Origin: an uncultured delta proteobacterium
GTDB lineage: Bacteria; Desulfobacterota; RBG-13-43-22
Assembly (NCBI GenBank): GCA_963711835.1
Contig: CAVQFQ010000004.1
Span: 1 to 64,000, forward strand
DNA: 64,000 nt
Direction of reading: 5' to 3'
In this document: positions 20,501 to 31,640 of the stretch, in pieces
How the letters are laid out: every line of letters begins with the position of its first letter
Position numbering within the stretch: the first letter of the stretch is position 1
Translations under genes and position numbers: made by a program
The notes under the pieces: generated by a model
Told to the model about the DNA's origin: nothing
What the model saw: the letters and a program-made list of their open reading frames with translations, nothing else
Databases searched by the model: none

Positions 20501-20759
20501 TGTGGTCTCCTTTCATATCCGATAAATTTGTATATAGTAATTTTATTCAAAGAATAGACATGCGTAAATAAGGTGAACACCGTATTTTTTGGATAAAAGT
20601 ACCGTATTTTAATGCCAGCCTATTCATTCGGCAATTGACCTGTTTTACTAATTATTGCTTGAAATGTTGTCTCGAAGGAAGAGATTGGAAAATCACTCTA
20701 AAATTCCTCTCCCCCCAAATTCAACTATCCCTCATTCCGCCATGGCTCACACCAACGGC

Positions 20760-21278
20760 TCAGAGCGCACCCCAGTCGATACTGCCCTTTTCAGAGGGCA
20801 GCGGGATAAGAAAAGTCGGTTTTCGGGTCCTCTCGATCACTGACCGGGCCACGCTCCCAAGAAACTCCCGGCTTAGCCACCCCTTCCCGTGGGTCCCAAG
20901 GACGATCACGTCACACCCCTTCTCATCTGCCGTGTTCAGGATTTCTTCCACGGCATAGCCTTCTTTGACGATGACGTCAATGACGAGGCTCACGCACGGC
21001 AAACCAGTCTGAGACTCGACCTTCAGGCAGAATTCCTCTAAGTGCTTCTTTATCTCGGCAACCTCATCCTCCTTCTCCCGTTCTCTTGCACTTTTCATGA
21101 CCGTCTCACCACGCAAACCTGCTTCGAAGTATACCTGAGCTGGAATTGGCTCCATGCAGTGGAGGATTACAATCTGGGCCTCATTTTTTTGAGCCAGACC
21201 CGAAGCAAAATAAAACGCGTACGCTGAATTCTTTGTAAGATCCGTGGCATAAAGAATCTTTTTAATTTGTGGTATCAT
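20760..21278 (-). CDS. Universal stress protein
   Basis: IKKILYATD, DVIVLGTHGKG, FLGSVA. Confidence 0.92.
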   Translation of the reverse strand: MIPQIKKILYATDLTKNSAYAFYFASGLAQKNEAQIVILHCMEPIPAQVYFEAGLRGETVMKSAREREKEDEVAEIKKHLEEFCLKVESQTGLPCVSLVIDVIVKEGYAVEEILNTADEKGCDVIVLGTHGKGWLSREFLGSVARSVIERTRKPTFLIPLPSEKGSIDWGAL

Positions 21279-21391
21279 TTTGTTCCTCCGTTTCTTTTTT
21301 CAATCTTTCGATAGCTATTTTGAGGTTCCTGACCGATCAGCGATCGGGTTAATAGCGCCTGGATCGTCATGCCAATCTTTGATAGAATTTA

Positions 21392-21580
21392 TTCTTTGAT
21401 GAGAAGAGTATAAAATAAGAAAAAAATTGGATCAAGGAGAATATCAGGGCGAAAGTCTATGGGACGGAAGGCGCCTTCTGATGGAAATGGGGCAGTGACG
21501 GGCTGACTATACTGTTAACTGATTGATAAGGGGACAAGCAGGGGCAGGCTTCCCAAATTTAAACATACTGTTGCTTCCTA
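21392..21580 (-). repeat. Dispersed repeat family B with sigma70 promoter
   Basis: TTGATC-17-TATACT on the minus strand; similar to 38490-38680 and 40281-40390. Confidence 0.65.
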
Positions 21581-21731
21581 TGTGTCCTGACATAACCCCA
21601 GCATTTAGCATCGGAATTCAGAAGCGGCCCTCTTTAAATCTATTGACAATCCAATCCATATTTAATACACTCCTATTGAAGCTAAGGACCCCGCAGGGGA
21701 AGAAATGCTTTTTATTTGATGTGGAGGAATC

Positions 21732-22043
21732 ATGAGAATTAAAGTACAGGATGAGAAGATCACCAAGGCTATTAAAAAACTGGAGGGGATTGATATCATT
21801 CTTAAGACCGTCGAAGATGCTCAAAAAGCCATGCATCTCATTCTCCACAAGACGGCAATATCCAGTACTAAAGACTTTGAAGGCCTCAAGGACATTGCCA
21901 TTACTAAGGCCACCGAGCATGCCTCCAGTGCCGTGGAATACCAAACTTATTACGAGGTAGAATTCATCCTCACCGATGACCGCTTCATCGAAATGGAGAT
22001 AGCTTTGATTAAGGAACTTCAGATTATGTTTGAAAAATTATAG
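21732..22043 (+). CDS. Hypothetical protein
   Basis: GGAGG RBS, upstream TTGACA, 103-aa ORF. Confidence 0.55.
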   Translation: MRIKVQDEKITKAIKKLEGIDIILKTVEDAQKAMHLILHKTAISSTKDFEGLKDIAITKATEHASSAVEYQTYYEVEFILTDDRFIEMEIALIKELQIMFEKL

Positions 22044-22112
22044 CTGGAACATGGAAGTATCATTAATACTTTATAAACATCCTTTCCAAAATCGGGAAGT
22101 GTCTCACTAAGA

Positions 22113-23185
22113 TCATCCTACCCGGATATGTTTTCCAACCCATTGGGGGATGGTGGCCATCTTATAATAATGCCCCATGGTATGGAAGCAGGTGGAAGAG
22201 CAGAGGGGCAGACATTTTTCCTTCAGGACCTGGCCAGTCGCTGCCGGTCAAAACGTTCATCCCATATCCTGCCCCAGTCGACATCATGGGTAATCATGTC
22301 AAAACAGGGCGACAAGGTGCCGTCGGTGCGAACTAAGGCGCCGTTGATACCGGCCCGACAGTCCCAGGGAAGGAGGCAACCCCGCATCCGGCCTTTAAAG
22401 GCCCGGAGATGTTCAATCGAGTTCACCATAGGCCAGCCCTGAAGCTGCCTTTGGATCAACCAGCCCAAGAGTTCATCCACCTCCTGATACTGATCCGGAG
22501 TGATCTGGAGTCCCTCCTCCCGGTGTTGATAGTGATCAACATTCACGAAGCTGTGGGGCGGCTCATTGAGGTGGTAGTCGGTGCCGATTTTATTCTCATG
22601 GGCTATCTCGGTTAACATTTTTACATCTTTGATATTGGTCCGGCAGATATTGATGTTAAAAAAAAGGAGATACCCATACTTTTTCTGCTGTTCGATCAAA
22701 TAGCGGAACTGGGGCTCAATGCTCAACAGGGCCTTGGGAAGTCCTTTCCGCGGGGCAATGCAATCCACAGCCAGATTTACGGCCGCCACTCCGGCTCTTC
22801 CCATCTCATCGATAAATGGCCTGTCCATCAGGGTGCCGTTGGTGGGCAGATAGACAAAAAAACCCTGCTCGCTGCCGTAGCGGATCACCTCCAGGATAAA
22901 ATCCTTTCGCACCAGCGGCTCCCCGCCCATCAAAGGAATCACCCGGCAGCCGATGGATTTGAGCCAATCGATTGCCGAACAGGCGGTCTCTAAAGTCATG
23001 CCGGGTTGATCATTGTTGAATTGGAAGCAGTAATGGCAGTCGATATTGCATTTCCAATCGGTATAGAGGTAACAGAGGACAGGACGAAATTCCTCAGGAC
23101 GAATCCGGGAGTTCAGGTAGGGAATAACCCAGCGCCGAATTGCTCGGGCGCCATTAAGGCCTTTATAACGCACATTCTGAAGCAT
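22113..23185 (-). CDS. Radical SAM protein with SPASM/twitch-type C-terminus, frameshift near 22228
   Basis: CNIDCHYC, GGEP, PTNG; C-terminal Cys cluster ...KCLPLCSSTC continues in a shifted frame to 22113. Confidence 0.85.
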
Positions 23186-23279
23186 CGAATCCTCACCCCT
23201 TAAAATAAGGTCAGAAACGAATCGGAGGAATGAGCTTTTTTACTATCCTATTTTAATGATTCTTTATTATTAATTCAAG

Positions 23280-23690
23280 TTAAAGAGACAAAAGGATTCC
23301 GGCTATGAGGGCCAGAAGGATGCCGATAAAATTAACACCGGAAATGCTCTCCTTCAACAGGAGGAAGATCAAAATCACCGTGACCAGGGGATACAGGGCG
23401 GTCAAGGGTACGACCACCGAGGCCTTGCCGTTTCTCAAGGCCAGGTAGAAAAAAATCGCCCCAATCGAGCCGGCGATTCCTGCCAGCATGGCGTATCCGA
23501 TGCCCAGCCCTTTTTTTTCGATTTCAAAGCCGTAAATCAGGAAAACAATCCAGATCAGCAGAAAGGACGTCGACGTCGATATAAGGATCAGCAGTCTGGA
23601 ATTGATCTGGGCTGAAGCCAGCTTGCCGAAAACCCCCCACATTCCCCAGCAGACCATGGTGGCCAGGGAAAAAAGATACCAGTTCTTCAT
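23280..23690 (-). CDS. EamA/DMT family transporter
   Basis: WG.WG..GK, FFYLAL..GKASVVVP..ALYP. Confidence 0.88.
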   Translation of the reverse strand: MKNWYLFSLATMVCWGMWGVFGKLASAQINSRLLILISTSTSFLLIWIVFLIYGFEIEKKGLGIGYAMLAGIAGSIGAIFFYLALRNGKASVVVPLTALYPLVTVILIFLLLKESISGVNFIGILLALIAGILLSL

Positions 23691-24018
23691 ACCCTTCTCA
23701 GACCTTGCCTTATAATTTTTGAGTATCGTTCGCTAACGTTACCAGCGTCGAGTCAAAACATGGAGCAGCTTTTTTCCACTATAGCTTTCCTTCCCCTCCT
23801 CCACAAGTTTTTCCTTCCATTGCCGGAAACCCGGTTTCCGAGCTCTTTCTTTTATTAATCGTCCTTGTCCCGGTCCAATTCATTGCCGGCCTATTTTTAT
23901 CTATTGGCTATTTAGGTTCAAATCCTATAAAATAATAGCCTTAAAAGGAACTGATCGGTATTGCGCTTCTCACCCAATGCCCCTGTGACTAATTAACGGG
24001 ATCGATGAGGAGGTGTTT

Positions 24019-24426
24019 ATGGGACTACTCGATGGGATGTTAAAGGGCCTAGCGGATAAATTTTTAGGCCAGGAAGGCGCCAACCCCCTTCTGGGGCTGA
24101 TCGGCAATCTCCTGTCCAATCCCCAAACCGGGGGGCTTTCCGGCTTAATTCAAAACTTCAGCAACAAAGGACTGGGCGACGTCGTTTCCTCCTGGGTCGG
24201 CACCGGGGAGAATCTCCCTATCTCCGGCCGGCAAATCCAGGAAGTCCTTGGCAGCAGCCAGATCGAACAACTTGCCGCTAAGCTGGGGACTTCGAGCCAA
24301 GAGGTTTCCGGAGGATTGGCCGGTCTGCTGCCCCAGTTTATAGATAAGCTCACACCGGACGGGACGGTGCCGGAATCCAATCTGCTGGAAAAAGCCTTGA
24401 ATATGTTGAAAACCGGCCTGGGATAA
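24019..24426 (+). CDS. YidB (DUF937) family protein
   Basis: MGLLD, GGLSGL, SWVGTGENLPIS, LP..IDKLTPDG. Confidence 0.88.
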   Translation: MGLLDGMLKGLADKFLGQEGANPLLGLIGNLLSNPQTGGLSGLIQNFSNKGLGDVVSSWVGTGENLPISGRQIQEVLGSSQIEQLAAKLGTSSQEVSGGLAGLLPQFIDKLTPDGTVPESNLLEKALNMLKTGLG

Positions 24427-24574
24427 ATCACGAGTTTATTTTGCAGCTTCCTTAGAAGGCTATTCACCAAAATGGTGGTTTAAAAGAGTGGAGGGGTGGG
24501 GGTGACATCCCAAATAAATTTTGAGTAAGGGGGGACATCTCAGATAACTATTTTCAGTAACGTTTAGTTTGACT

Positions 24575-25852
24575 ATGCCTCCAACAAAAGGGATCATTAC
24601 CCTGATGGGTTCCGGGGAGTTTACGGCCTCCATGGTGGAAGTGCACAAAGGCCTTCTGACCGGGCTGCCCCAACCCCCCCGGGCGGTATTTCTGGATACC
24701 CCCGCCGGATTCCAGCTCAATGCCGACCAGCTTTCCGAAAAAGCGGCCGATTATTTCCGCCAACGCATCCTTCATCCTTTAGGCCTTGCTTCTTTCAAAT
24801 CCAAAGAAAACGTTTCTCCCCTTCAGGCCGAACAGACCTTTCATATCCTGAGAGAGGCGGACTACATCCTGATCGGCCCTGGAAGCCCCACCTATGCCTT
24901 GCGCCAGTGGCAGGGGACCCCCATACCCGACTTGTTTGTCCGGAGGATCGAACAAGGGGCCTGCCTGGTGGCGGCCAGCGCCGCTGCGCTGACCGTGGGG
25001 AAATTTACCCTGCCGGTCTATGAAATCTACAAAGTGGGCCAGGATCTCTACTGGGCCGAAGGCCTGGATATCCTCGGCCGTTTCGGTTTTAAACTGGTGG
25101 TCATCCCCCATTGGAATAACGCCGAGGGCGGCACCCATGACACCCGGTTCTGTTACCTCGGGGAACCCCGCTTGAAGAAACTGGAGGCCCTCCTCCCCGA
25201 GGGAATAAGTATACTGGGACTGGATGAGCACACCGCCTGCCTGATCGATTTTGATAAAAAATCGGTGACCGTCAAAGGGATCGGCCAGGTGGTCCTCCGG
25301 CAAAGGGGAAAGGAAAAGCTCCTGACCAAGGGCGGAGCTCTGCCCCTGGAGGTGCTTTCCTGGGAAGACTGGAGTCCGGGAGGAAAACCGCCTCCTCCGG
25401 CCTCCCAGCCCCTGGCCCTGGGAAGGGAAGAGCCAGGGAAGGGATTCTGGGAAGGAATCCACATCCTGGAAGCGGCCTTTGATGAAGGTCTTAACAACCA
25501 TCAACCCAAGGAAATGATCAATGCCCTGCTGGATCTGGATCACCTTATCTGGAAGGGCCTGCAGGAAGGTGAAAGCGAGGAATTCATTATCCAGGCCCGG
25601 GAGGTATTTCGAGACCGAATCGTCTTCCTGGGCAGCCATCTGGAATCCCCGCCGGCGGATGAAAAGGGAACGCTCCAGCCCTTAATAGAGGCCTTGGTAG
25701 AACTCCGGGAGTCCTTTCGGAGAGCAAATCTCTGGAAGGAAGCAGATGCCCTTCGGGCCTGCCTGCAACAGGCCGGCATCATCCTGGAGGATACCCAGGA
25801 CGGCCCTCAATGGCGGAAACAAAAAGATTGGGATAGTCCCAAAGTTACCTGA
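24575..25852 (+). CDS. Peptidase S51/cyanophycinase-like domain fused to a CysRS C-terminal-like domain
   Basis: LMGSGE, GPGSP, ASAAA nucleophile elbow, VIPH, GLDEHTA; C-terminal R...R....W..AD.LR..L...GI.LED...G..W. Confidence 0.8.
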   Translation: MPPTKGIITLMGSGEFTASMVEVHKGLLTGLPQPPRAVFLDTPAGFQLNADQLSEKAADYFRQRILHPLGLASFKSKENVSPLQAEQTFHILREADYILIGPGSPTYALRQWQGTPIPDLFVRRIEQGACLVAASAAALTVGKFTLPVYEIYKVGQDLYWAEGLDILGRFGFKLVVIPHWNNAEGGTHDTRFCYLGEPRLKKLEALLPEGISILGLDEHTACLIDFDKKSVTVKGIGQVVLRQRGKEKLLTKGGALPLEVLSWEDWSPGGKPPPPASQPLALGREEPGKGFWEGIHILEAAFDEGLNNHQPKEMINALLDLDHLIWKGLQEGESEEFIIQAREVFRDRIVFLGSHLESPPADEKGTLQPLIEALVELRESFRRANLWKEADALRACLQQAGIILEDTQDGPQWRKQKDWDSPKVT

Positions 25853-25950
25853 TTCTCAAACCGAAGGAGGTGTCTCTTAAAATATTAAATCACCCCCGAA
25901 GCCCGCGACGAATGGAGTACTTAAAAATCACGTAACCTTGGGACAAACTC
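25830..25950. mobile_element. MITE, short copy, with 8-bp TSD AAAAGATT
   Basis: TIR TAGTCCCAAAGTTACCTGATT / AATCACGTAACCTTGGGACAA; TSD at 25822-25829 and 25951-25958. Confidence 0.8.
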
Positions 25951-25984
25951 AAAAGATTAATAGCGAACAAAGGAAACTGTCAGG

Positions 25985-27637
25985 ATGATAGACCACCCCT
26001 GTATTGATGTGCTTTTCCTCTTCTCACCCGGGGATTCCTTGCCTGCTCCCCTGACTTCTTATCTTCAGACTCTATCCCATATTAGGATCACCCTCCGGGA
26101 AGAGTCTCCTGATGATTTAAGCCCCTATAACGTTGTTGTCACCACCGGCCGATTATCATCAGGGAATGAGAAAAGGCGACTGGAACAATTCGTTCAGTCT
26201 GGAGGAGGCTGGCTGGCCCTGCTCAATACCTCGGAAACAGCCTTGCCGGAGTGCTTTGGGGTACGTCCTGGAAAAGTTGGTCCTAAGGCCGAACTGCGCG
26301 TCTATTTCACCCCCAAAGATCATTCCCTTGGAGAACGTCTACCTGAAACGGTCTATTTCAACGGCTTCCATCATCCTTTGGAAATAACGAATGACGCCAC
26401 CCAGGTTCTGCTGGCCGCCGACTGGCATTATCGTCATTCCCCGGTCCTTGTTTCCCGCACATTCGGCGCTGGAAGGTTAGCCTGCACCAGCCTTCAGGAC
26501 CTGCAACACCCGATTCTGCAGCAAATCCTTTACCGGATGATTATCAGCCTTTCCGCCCGTCGAACGCCACGGCACCATCTGGGCGTCGGAATCCTGGGTT
26601 ATTCTCCGGCCATGGGCCGGTTTCATGGGCTGGGCGCGGAGGCCACTGCCGGTCTTAACCTCAAAGCCGTGGCTGACTTGAGTGAAGAAAGCCGTCATCA
26701 GGCGGGGTTTGATTTTCCTCAAGTCCATATCTATCCTGACGCAGAAGCCCTGGCAGCCGACCCTGAGGTCGACCTGATCATCATAGCCACCCCTCCCGAC
26801 AGCCACGCCCGGCTCTCGCTGCAGATGATGGCAGCCGGTAAACACGTGGTCAGCGAAAAACCCCTGGCCCTCACCTGCCGGGAGGCTGCGGCCATGATGG
26901 AGGAGGCCGACAAACGGCGCCTCCATCTAAGCTGTCATCAGAACCGGCGCTTCGATGTGGATTACCTGGCTATCAAGCAGGCCCTTGATGAAGGACTCCT
27001 CGGCAATCTCTTCTATCTGGAAACCTTTGTCGGCGGATTCAGCCATCCCTGCGGCTTCTGGCATTCCCATGAACCGGTCTGCGGGGGGACGGCCTTCGAC
27101 TGGGGGGGCCACTATGTGGATTGGATTTTAAGCCTCTTTCCGGACCCGGTCACTCAGGTCATCGGCACCCGCCATAAAAGGGTCTGGCATGACATGACCA
27201 ACGCCGACCAGGAACGGGTACAGATCCGGTTCCAGGGGGGGCAGGAGGCGGAATTCATCCATTCCGATATTGCCGCCTTCCGAAAACCCAAATGGTACTT
27301 GTTGGGGACTCAGGGCGCTATTGTGGGAGATTGGCGGGAAGAATCCGTTTTTCAAATCGACCCGGTCCATTACTATCAGCAACAAGAAATCCCTTGCACG
27401 GAGATGACGCCCCATTTGCGTCTTTTTCGTCGCCGCCCTTCCGGGGAAATCCTTCTCCAGCACCTGGCTCTACCCAAACGTGAACCCTACCCTTTTCACC
27501 GCAATCTGGCCGACCACCTCCTGACCGGGGAACCCCTGACCGCCCCCCTGATCGAATCGGTGCGGGTTGTAGCCGTTCTGGAGGCAGCCGCCCGATCGGC
27601 CGCCCGAGGGGGCGCCATTGAGGTCCTTGATGTCTAA
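25985..27637 (+). CDS. Gfo/Idh/MocA oxidoreductase with N-terminal ThuA/GATase-like domain
   Basis: FVQSGGGWL N-domain; IATPP..H, GKHVVSEKP, HQNRRFD, DWGGH. Confidence 0.82.
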   Translation: MIDHPCIDVLFLFSPGDSLPAPLTSYLQTLSHIRITLREESPDDLSPYNVVVTTGRLSSGNEKRRLEQFVQSGGGWLALLNTSETALPECFGVRPGKVGPKAELRVYFTPKDHSLGERLPETVYFNGFHHPLEITNDATQVLLAADWHYRHSPVLVSRTFGAGRLACTSLQDLQHPILQQILYRMIISLSARRTPRHHLGVGILGYSPAMGRFHGLGAEATAGLNLKAVADLSEESRHQAGFDFPQVHIYPDAEALAADPEVDLIIIATPPDSHARLSLQMMAAGKHVVSEKPLALTCREAAAMMEEADKRRLHLSCHQNRRFDVDYLAIKQALDEGLLGNLFYLETFVGGFSHPCGFWHSHEPVCGGTAFDWGGHYVDWILSLFPDPVTQVIGTRHKRVWHDMTNADQERVQIRFQGGQEAEFIHSDIAAFRKPKWYLLGTQGAIVGDWREESVFQIDPVHYYQQQEIPCTEMTPHLRLFRRRPSGEILLQHLALPKREPYPFHRNLADHLLTGEPLTAPLIESVRVVAVLEAAARSAARGGAIEVLDV

Positions 27638-28652
27638 TCGCATCAACTGGGCTATCTTAGGCAATGCGACTATCGCCCGGGTCTGCGTTATCCCGGCCAT
27701 TCAAAAATCCAGGAATGGCCGGGTAATCGCCCTGGCCAGTCTCAATCCAGGGCGTTCCCGGGAACTGGTCAGCCAATGGAACATCCCTTGTCTTTACGAT
27801 CGTTATGAAATCGCCCTCGACGATCCGGAGATCGATGCCGTCTATATCCCCCTGCCTAATCACCTCCACCACCATTGGACCCTCAGGGCCTTGGAGGCAG
27901 GCAAGCATGTGCTCTGTGAAAAACCCCTGGCCTGCAATGCCCGGGAAGCCCGGGAAATGGCCGGGGCCGCTTCCCGGTCAGGACGTCTGCTGATGGAAGC
28001 CTTCATGTACCGTTTTCATCCCCGAAGCCGGCATATAAAGCAGATGGTCCGGGAGGGAGCCATCGGAAAACCCTGCCTGGTTCATTCCTCCTTCTGTTTT
28101 CCTATGGAAGCCGGGATACTGGCCGGGGGGGAGGATGCCCGCCTGCAAAGGGGAAGAGGAGGCGGCGCCCTCTTGGATGTGGGCTGTTACAGCGTCAATC
28201 TGGCCCGCTGGTTGTTTGACGCCGAACCGGTTCGGGCTCAAGGCCAGGCGGTTTATCATCCCAATGGTGTCGATGTCCACTTCGTGGGATCCTTAAGTTT
28301 CCCCGGAAACGGTCTGGCCGCCTTGGAGGCCAGCTTTATCTCCGCCCTGCAACAGACCTTTACGGTCGCCGGCCTGGAGGGCGCCATTGACCTGCCCCAC
28401 GACGCCTTCATCCCCTGGGAAAAGGAGGCCCTCTTCACCTTTCGCCGCCAGGACCAGGAAAAGGGAGAAATAAGAAGGTTTCCCGGCATAGACGAGTACC
28501 GGCTCATGGTGGAGCATTTCGCGGAAGCCGTGGCCGGGCAGTGCCGGCTGGAGATTCCCCCGGAAGACAGTGTCCAAAATATGCTGGTACTCGAGGCCCT
28601 GGCCGAGGCCGCCCGAACTGGTCTCACCCAACAGCCTGGGGGACCCTCATAA
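27630..28652 (+). CDS. Gfo/Idh/MocA oxidoreductase
   Basis: YIPLPNHLH, GKHVLCEKP, EAFMYRFHP, GGGALLDVGCY. Confidence 0.92.
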   Translation: MSNRINWAILGNATIARVCVIPAIQKSRNGRVIALASLNPGRSRELVSQWNIPCLYDRYEIALDDPEIDAVYIPLPNHLHHHWTLRALEAGKHVLCEKPLACNAREAREMAGAASRSGRLLMEAFMYRFHPRSRHIKQMVREGAIGKPCLVHSSFCFPMEAGILAGGEDARLQRGRGGGALLDVGCYSVNLARWLFDAEPVRAQGQAVYHPNGVDVHFVGSLSFPGNGLAALEASFISALQQTFTVAGLEGAIDLPHDAFIPWEKEALFTFRRQDQEKGEIRRFPGIDEYRLMVEHFAEAVAGQCRLEIPPEDSVQNMLVLEALAEAARTGLTQQPGGPS

Positions 28653-28660
28653 CAAACAGC

Positions 28661-29668
28661 ATGAACACTGGATTTAACAGGTCCCCTTTAACGGTCTCTT
28701 TGGAGAACTTCGAGACCCTCTCCTCCTGCTGGCAGGATCCCCTTTCCTCCTTGAACTGGACCTGCCCCTTTGTTTTGCCGCCCTGGCTGCGGGTCTGGTG
28801 GGATCATTTTGGCGATGGGTTTTCTCCCTTGCTCCTTTCGATCAACCGGGAAGGGCGCTGTCTGGGATTGGCCCCGTTGATGGTCCAGGCCGGGAAGGCC
28901 TGCTTCATGGGCAGCCCGGATGTCTGCGATTTCCAGGAATTGGTCTTTCCTGAGGGTCAGGAAGAACCTTTTCTAAAGCTGATCCTGAATCATCTGCGAT
29001 CGATTGGAATCAGGGAGTTGGAGTTGGAGCCGCTGCGGGGGGACACCGTATTCTTCCAGGTCCTTTCCCGGCTGCCTGAAACAGAAGGGCAGAGCCTAAC
29101 CATTCGGCCTCTGGACGTGCTGGCGGAGATGGATTTGCCTGCTTCCTGGGAAGATTTTTTACAGGGAATCCCCGGAAAGGAACGCCACGAGATCCGGCGC
29201 AAACTGCGCCGTCTGGAAGAATCAGGCCCGGTCCGCTGCCGGATGGTTGAGACGACGGGCTCCCTGGAAGAAGCCATGACGACCTTTCTCGACCTCTTTC
29301 GTTCCAGCCGGCCGGACAAAAAGGAATTCATGACCGAGCAGATGGCCTCCTTCTTTCGATCGCTGGCCGGGGAAATGGCCGGGGCCGGGCTCTTAAGGCT
29401 CTACTTCCTGGATCTCCAGGAGCAACCCGTAGCTTCGGTTCTCTGTTTCGATTACCGTTCCACCCTTTACCTCTACAATAACGGTTACGATGAACGGTAC
29501 CGCGCCCTCAGCCTGGGTCTGCTCAGCAAGATCTTCACCATCCAGGACAGCATCCGGAAAGGCCGCCGCCTCTATAATTTTCTAAAAGGGGCTGAGGCCT
29601 ACAAATACCGGCTGGGAGGAAAACCGGTCCCCCTCTACCAATGCCGCATCGCCTTTACCTCCACATAG
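28661..29668 (+). CDS. GNAT acetyltransferase, CelD/BcsL type
   Basis: PF..P.WL..WW, GLAPL, RRKLRRL, YNNGYD..Y..LSLG, FLKG.E.YK. Confidence 0.85.
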   Translation: MNTGFNRSPLTVSLENFETLSSCWQDPLSSLNWTCPFVLPPWLRVWWDHFGDGFSPLLLSINREGRCLGLAPLMVQAGKACFMGSPDVCDFQELVFPEGQEEPFLKLILNHLRSIGIRELELEPLRGDTVFFQVLSRLPETEGQSLTIRPLDVLAEMDLPASWEDFLQGIPGKERHEIRRKLRRLEESGPVRCRMVETTGSLEEAMTTFLDLFRSSRPDKKEFMTEQMASFFRSLAGEMAGAGLLRLYFLDLQEQPVASVLCFDYRSTLYLYNNGYDERYRALSLGLLSKIFTIQDSIRKGRRLYNFLKGAEAYKYRLGGKPVPLYQCRIAFTST

Positions 29669-29739
29669 AACTTGACCCATCCCGGTATTCTTCTTACTAT
29701 CCTGAAAGAAAATGAATTGAGAAACCTTGGAGGAAGAAA

Positions 29740-30111
29740 ATGGAAACCAAACCCGACAAACTGGTCATCATTGCCACCCAGGCTGAAGAAAATCCGGACA
29801 AAGCTACCCTGCCTTTTGTCCTGGGCAATGCCGCCCTGGCTATGGAGGTAGAGGCTACGGTAATTCTGCAGTCGACGGCTGTTTATCTGGCCATGAAAGG
29901 CTATGCCGATCATGTCCAGGCCGCCGGATTTCCCCCCCTGCCAGCACTCCTGGAGGCCTTCTTTGAAGGTGGCGGCAGGCTGATGGTCTGCTCTCCCTGT
30001 CTCCAGGCCCGGAAGATCAAGCCGGAAGATCTGATACCCGAAGGCGCCATTATTGCCGGGGCCACCCTGGTGGCGGAGATCCTCTCGGCCACCAATTGCC
30101 TGTCCTACTGA
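29740..30111 (+). CDS. DsrE/F-like protein
   Basis: ATLPFV.GNAALAM, VCSPC...R.I. Confidence 0.85.
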   Translation: METKPDKLVIIATQAEENPDKATLPFVLGNAALAMEVEATVILQSTAVYLAMKGYADHVQAAGFPPLPALLEAFFEGGGRLMVCSPCLQARKIKPEDLIPEGAIIAGATLVAEILSATNCLSY

Positions 30112-30315
30112 CAGGATTCAGAAAGATGGCTGCCCGGCGCGGATCAAAGCGCTGGGTCTGAAATAATCGATCACTCTGCCCCTTGTCAAAAAGGAAAAAG
30201 GACTTATTTTTTTCATATAGCTCAAAAGTTAGGAAAAAGGTGAAGGAGTGCCTGAGAAGGGTGGGCGAAGTCCCTTTTTTTTAAGCAGCTTTTTGAAAAG
30301 GTTCGGAGGTTTGAA

Positions 30316-31434
30316 GTGAGACTTTTTTTTAGATGGGGTTTTTTAGGGGTGATTCTTTCAGGCCTTCTGGTAATGGTCCAGGCCTGCCAAAAATCCGATC
30401 TATCCAACCAGGAGATTAAAAATACCATGTCCCAAGAAAACCAATCCTGGCCGAAGGCTACCTTTGCCGGAGGTTGTTTTTGGTGTACCGAAGCCGATTT
30501 CGAAAAATTACCCGGGGTGGTCAAGGTTATCTCAGGCTATACCGGGGGCCACAAAGAAAACCCCACTTACGAAGAGGTTTCAGCGGGAACCACCGGCCAC
30601 CTGGAGGCCATCCAGGTCCATTACGATCCGGCCCGAATAAGCTACCAGGAGCTGCTTGAGGTTTTCTGGAGGCATATCGATCCGACGGATCCCGGCGGCC
30701 AATTCGTGGATCGGGGCCGGCAATACCGCAGTGCCATATTTTATCACAACGAGGAACAGCGGCAGGCCGCCGAGAAATCGAAGGAAGCCTTGAACCGATC
30801 CGGAACCTTCGCCAAGCCGATTGTCACCGAGATCCTGCCGCTTCAGAAATTTTATGCCGCTGAGGACTATCATCAGGATTACTACAAGAAGCATTCCCTA
30901 AAATACCAATACTATCGCCATGGATCCGGCCGGGATCAGTTTTTAAAACAAACCTGGGACCAGGAGAAGAAAAACCCTTCTGCGGAAGAAAAACAGGCTT
31001 TTAAAAAGCCCGATGAGACCTCCTTACGGAAAAAACTTTCTCCCCTGCAATACAAGGTGACCCGGCAAAATGGAACCGAACCTCCTTTCCAAAATGAGTA
31101 CTGGGACAACAAAAGGGAGGGGATTTATGTTGATGTCGTTTCCGGAGAACCGCTCTTCAGTTCCCGCGATAAATACGATTCCGGGACCGGCTGGCCCAGT
31201 TTTTCCAGACCTCTGGGGCCGGAAAATATTGTCGAGAAGGAGGACCGGAGTCTTTTCAGCACCCGGACTGAGGTCCGGAGCAAACAGGGCGATTCCCATC
31301 TGGGTCATGTCTTCCCAGACGGGCCTAAGTCCACCGGCCTTCGTTATTGTATGAATTCCGCAGCGTTGCGCTTCATTCCAAAAGAAGAACTTGAGAAGGA
31401 AGGGTACGGAAAATACCTCCGCCTTTTTCAATAA
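30316..31434 (+). CDS. msrAB: Bifunctional methionine sulfoxide reductase, exported/lipoprotein
   Basis: MsrA FAGGCFWC and AEDYHQDYY; MsrB GTGWPSF, HLGHVF.DGP, RYCMNS. Confidence 0.95.
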   Translation: MRLFFRWGFLGVILSGLLVMVQACQKSDLSNQEIKNTMSQENQSWPKATFAGGCFWCTEADFEKLPGVVKVISGYTGGHKENPTYEEVSAGTTGHLEAIQVHYDPARISYQELLEVFWRHIDPTDPGGQFVDRGRQYRSAIFYHNEEQRQAAEKSKEALNRSGTFAKPIVTEILPLQKFYAAEDYHQDYYKKHSLKYQYYRHGSGRDQFLKQTWDQEKKNPSAEEKQAFKKPDETSLRKKLSPLQYKVTRQNGTEPPFQNEYWDNKREGIYVDVVSGEPLFSSRDKYDSGTGWPSFSRPLGPENIVEKEDRSLFSTRTEVRSKQGDSHLGHVFPDGPKSTGLRYCMNSAALRFIPKEELEKEGYGKYLRLFQ

Positions 31435-31437
31435 ACA

Positions 31438-31555
31438 TCGATGTTGAAAAAGTTTCGGAAGTTGCAGATCCGAGAGGTCCAGGGCGACGGTGTATACGCA
31501 TACTGCGAGCCATGGACAATCCCCCCGGGGCGGGACGGCCTCCCAGACTTTCCCG
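31438..31555. repeat. Palindromic intergenic repeat, inverted copy of 62842-62955
   Basis: Shared AAAAAGTTTCGGAAGTTGCAGATCCGAG..GTCCAGGGCGA...CCCAGACTTTCCCG. Confidence 0.8.
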
Positions 31556-31640
31556 ACCGGCCCCTTTTAACCTCAAATGCTCCCTGAAGAAATAGGATCC
31601 CCGAAGCCAGGAAAAAAGCGGGATTAAGGGCGCATCGTCT

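Noticed and set aside
24575-25852. Calling this gene cysS
   Set aside because: It lacks the class I synthetase catalytic core
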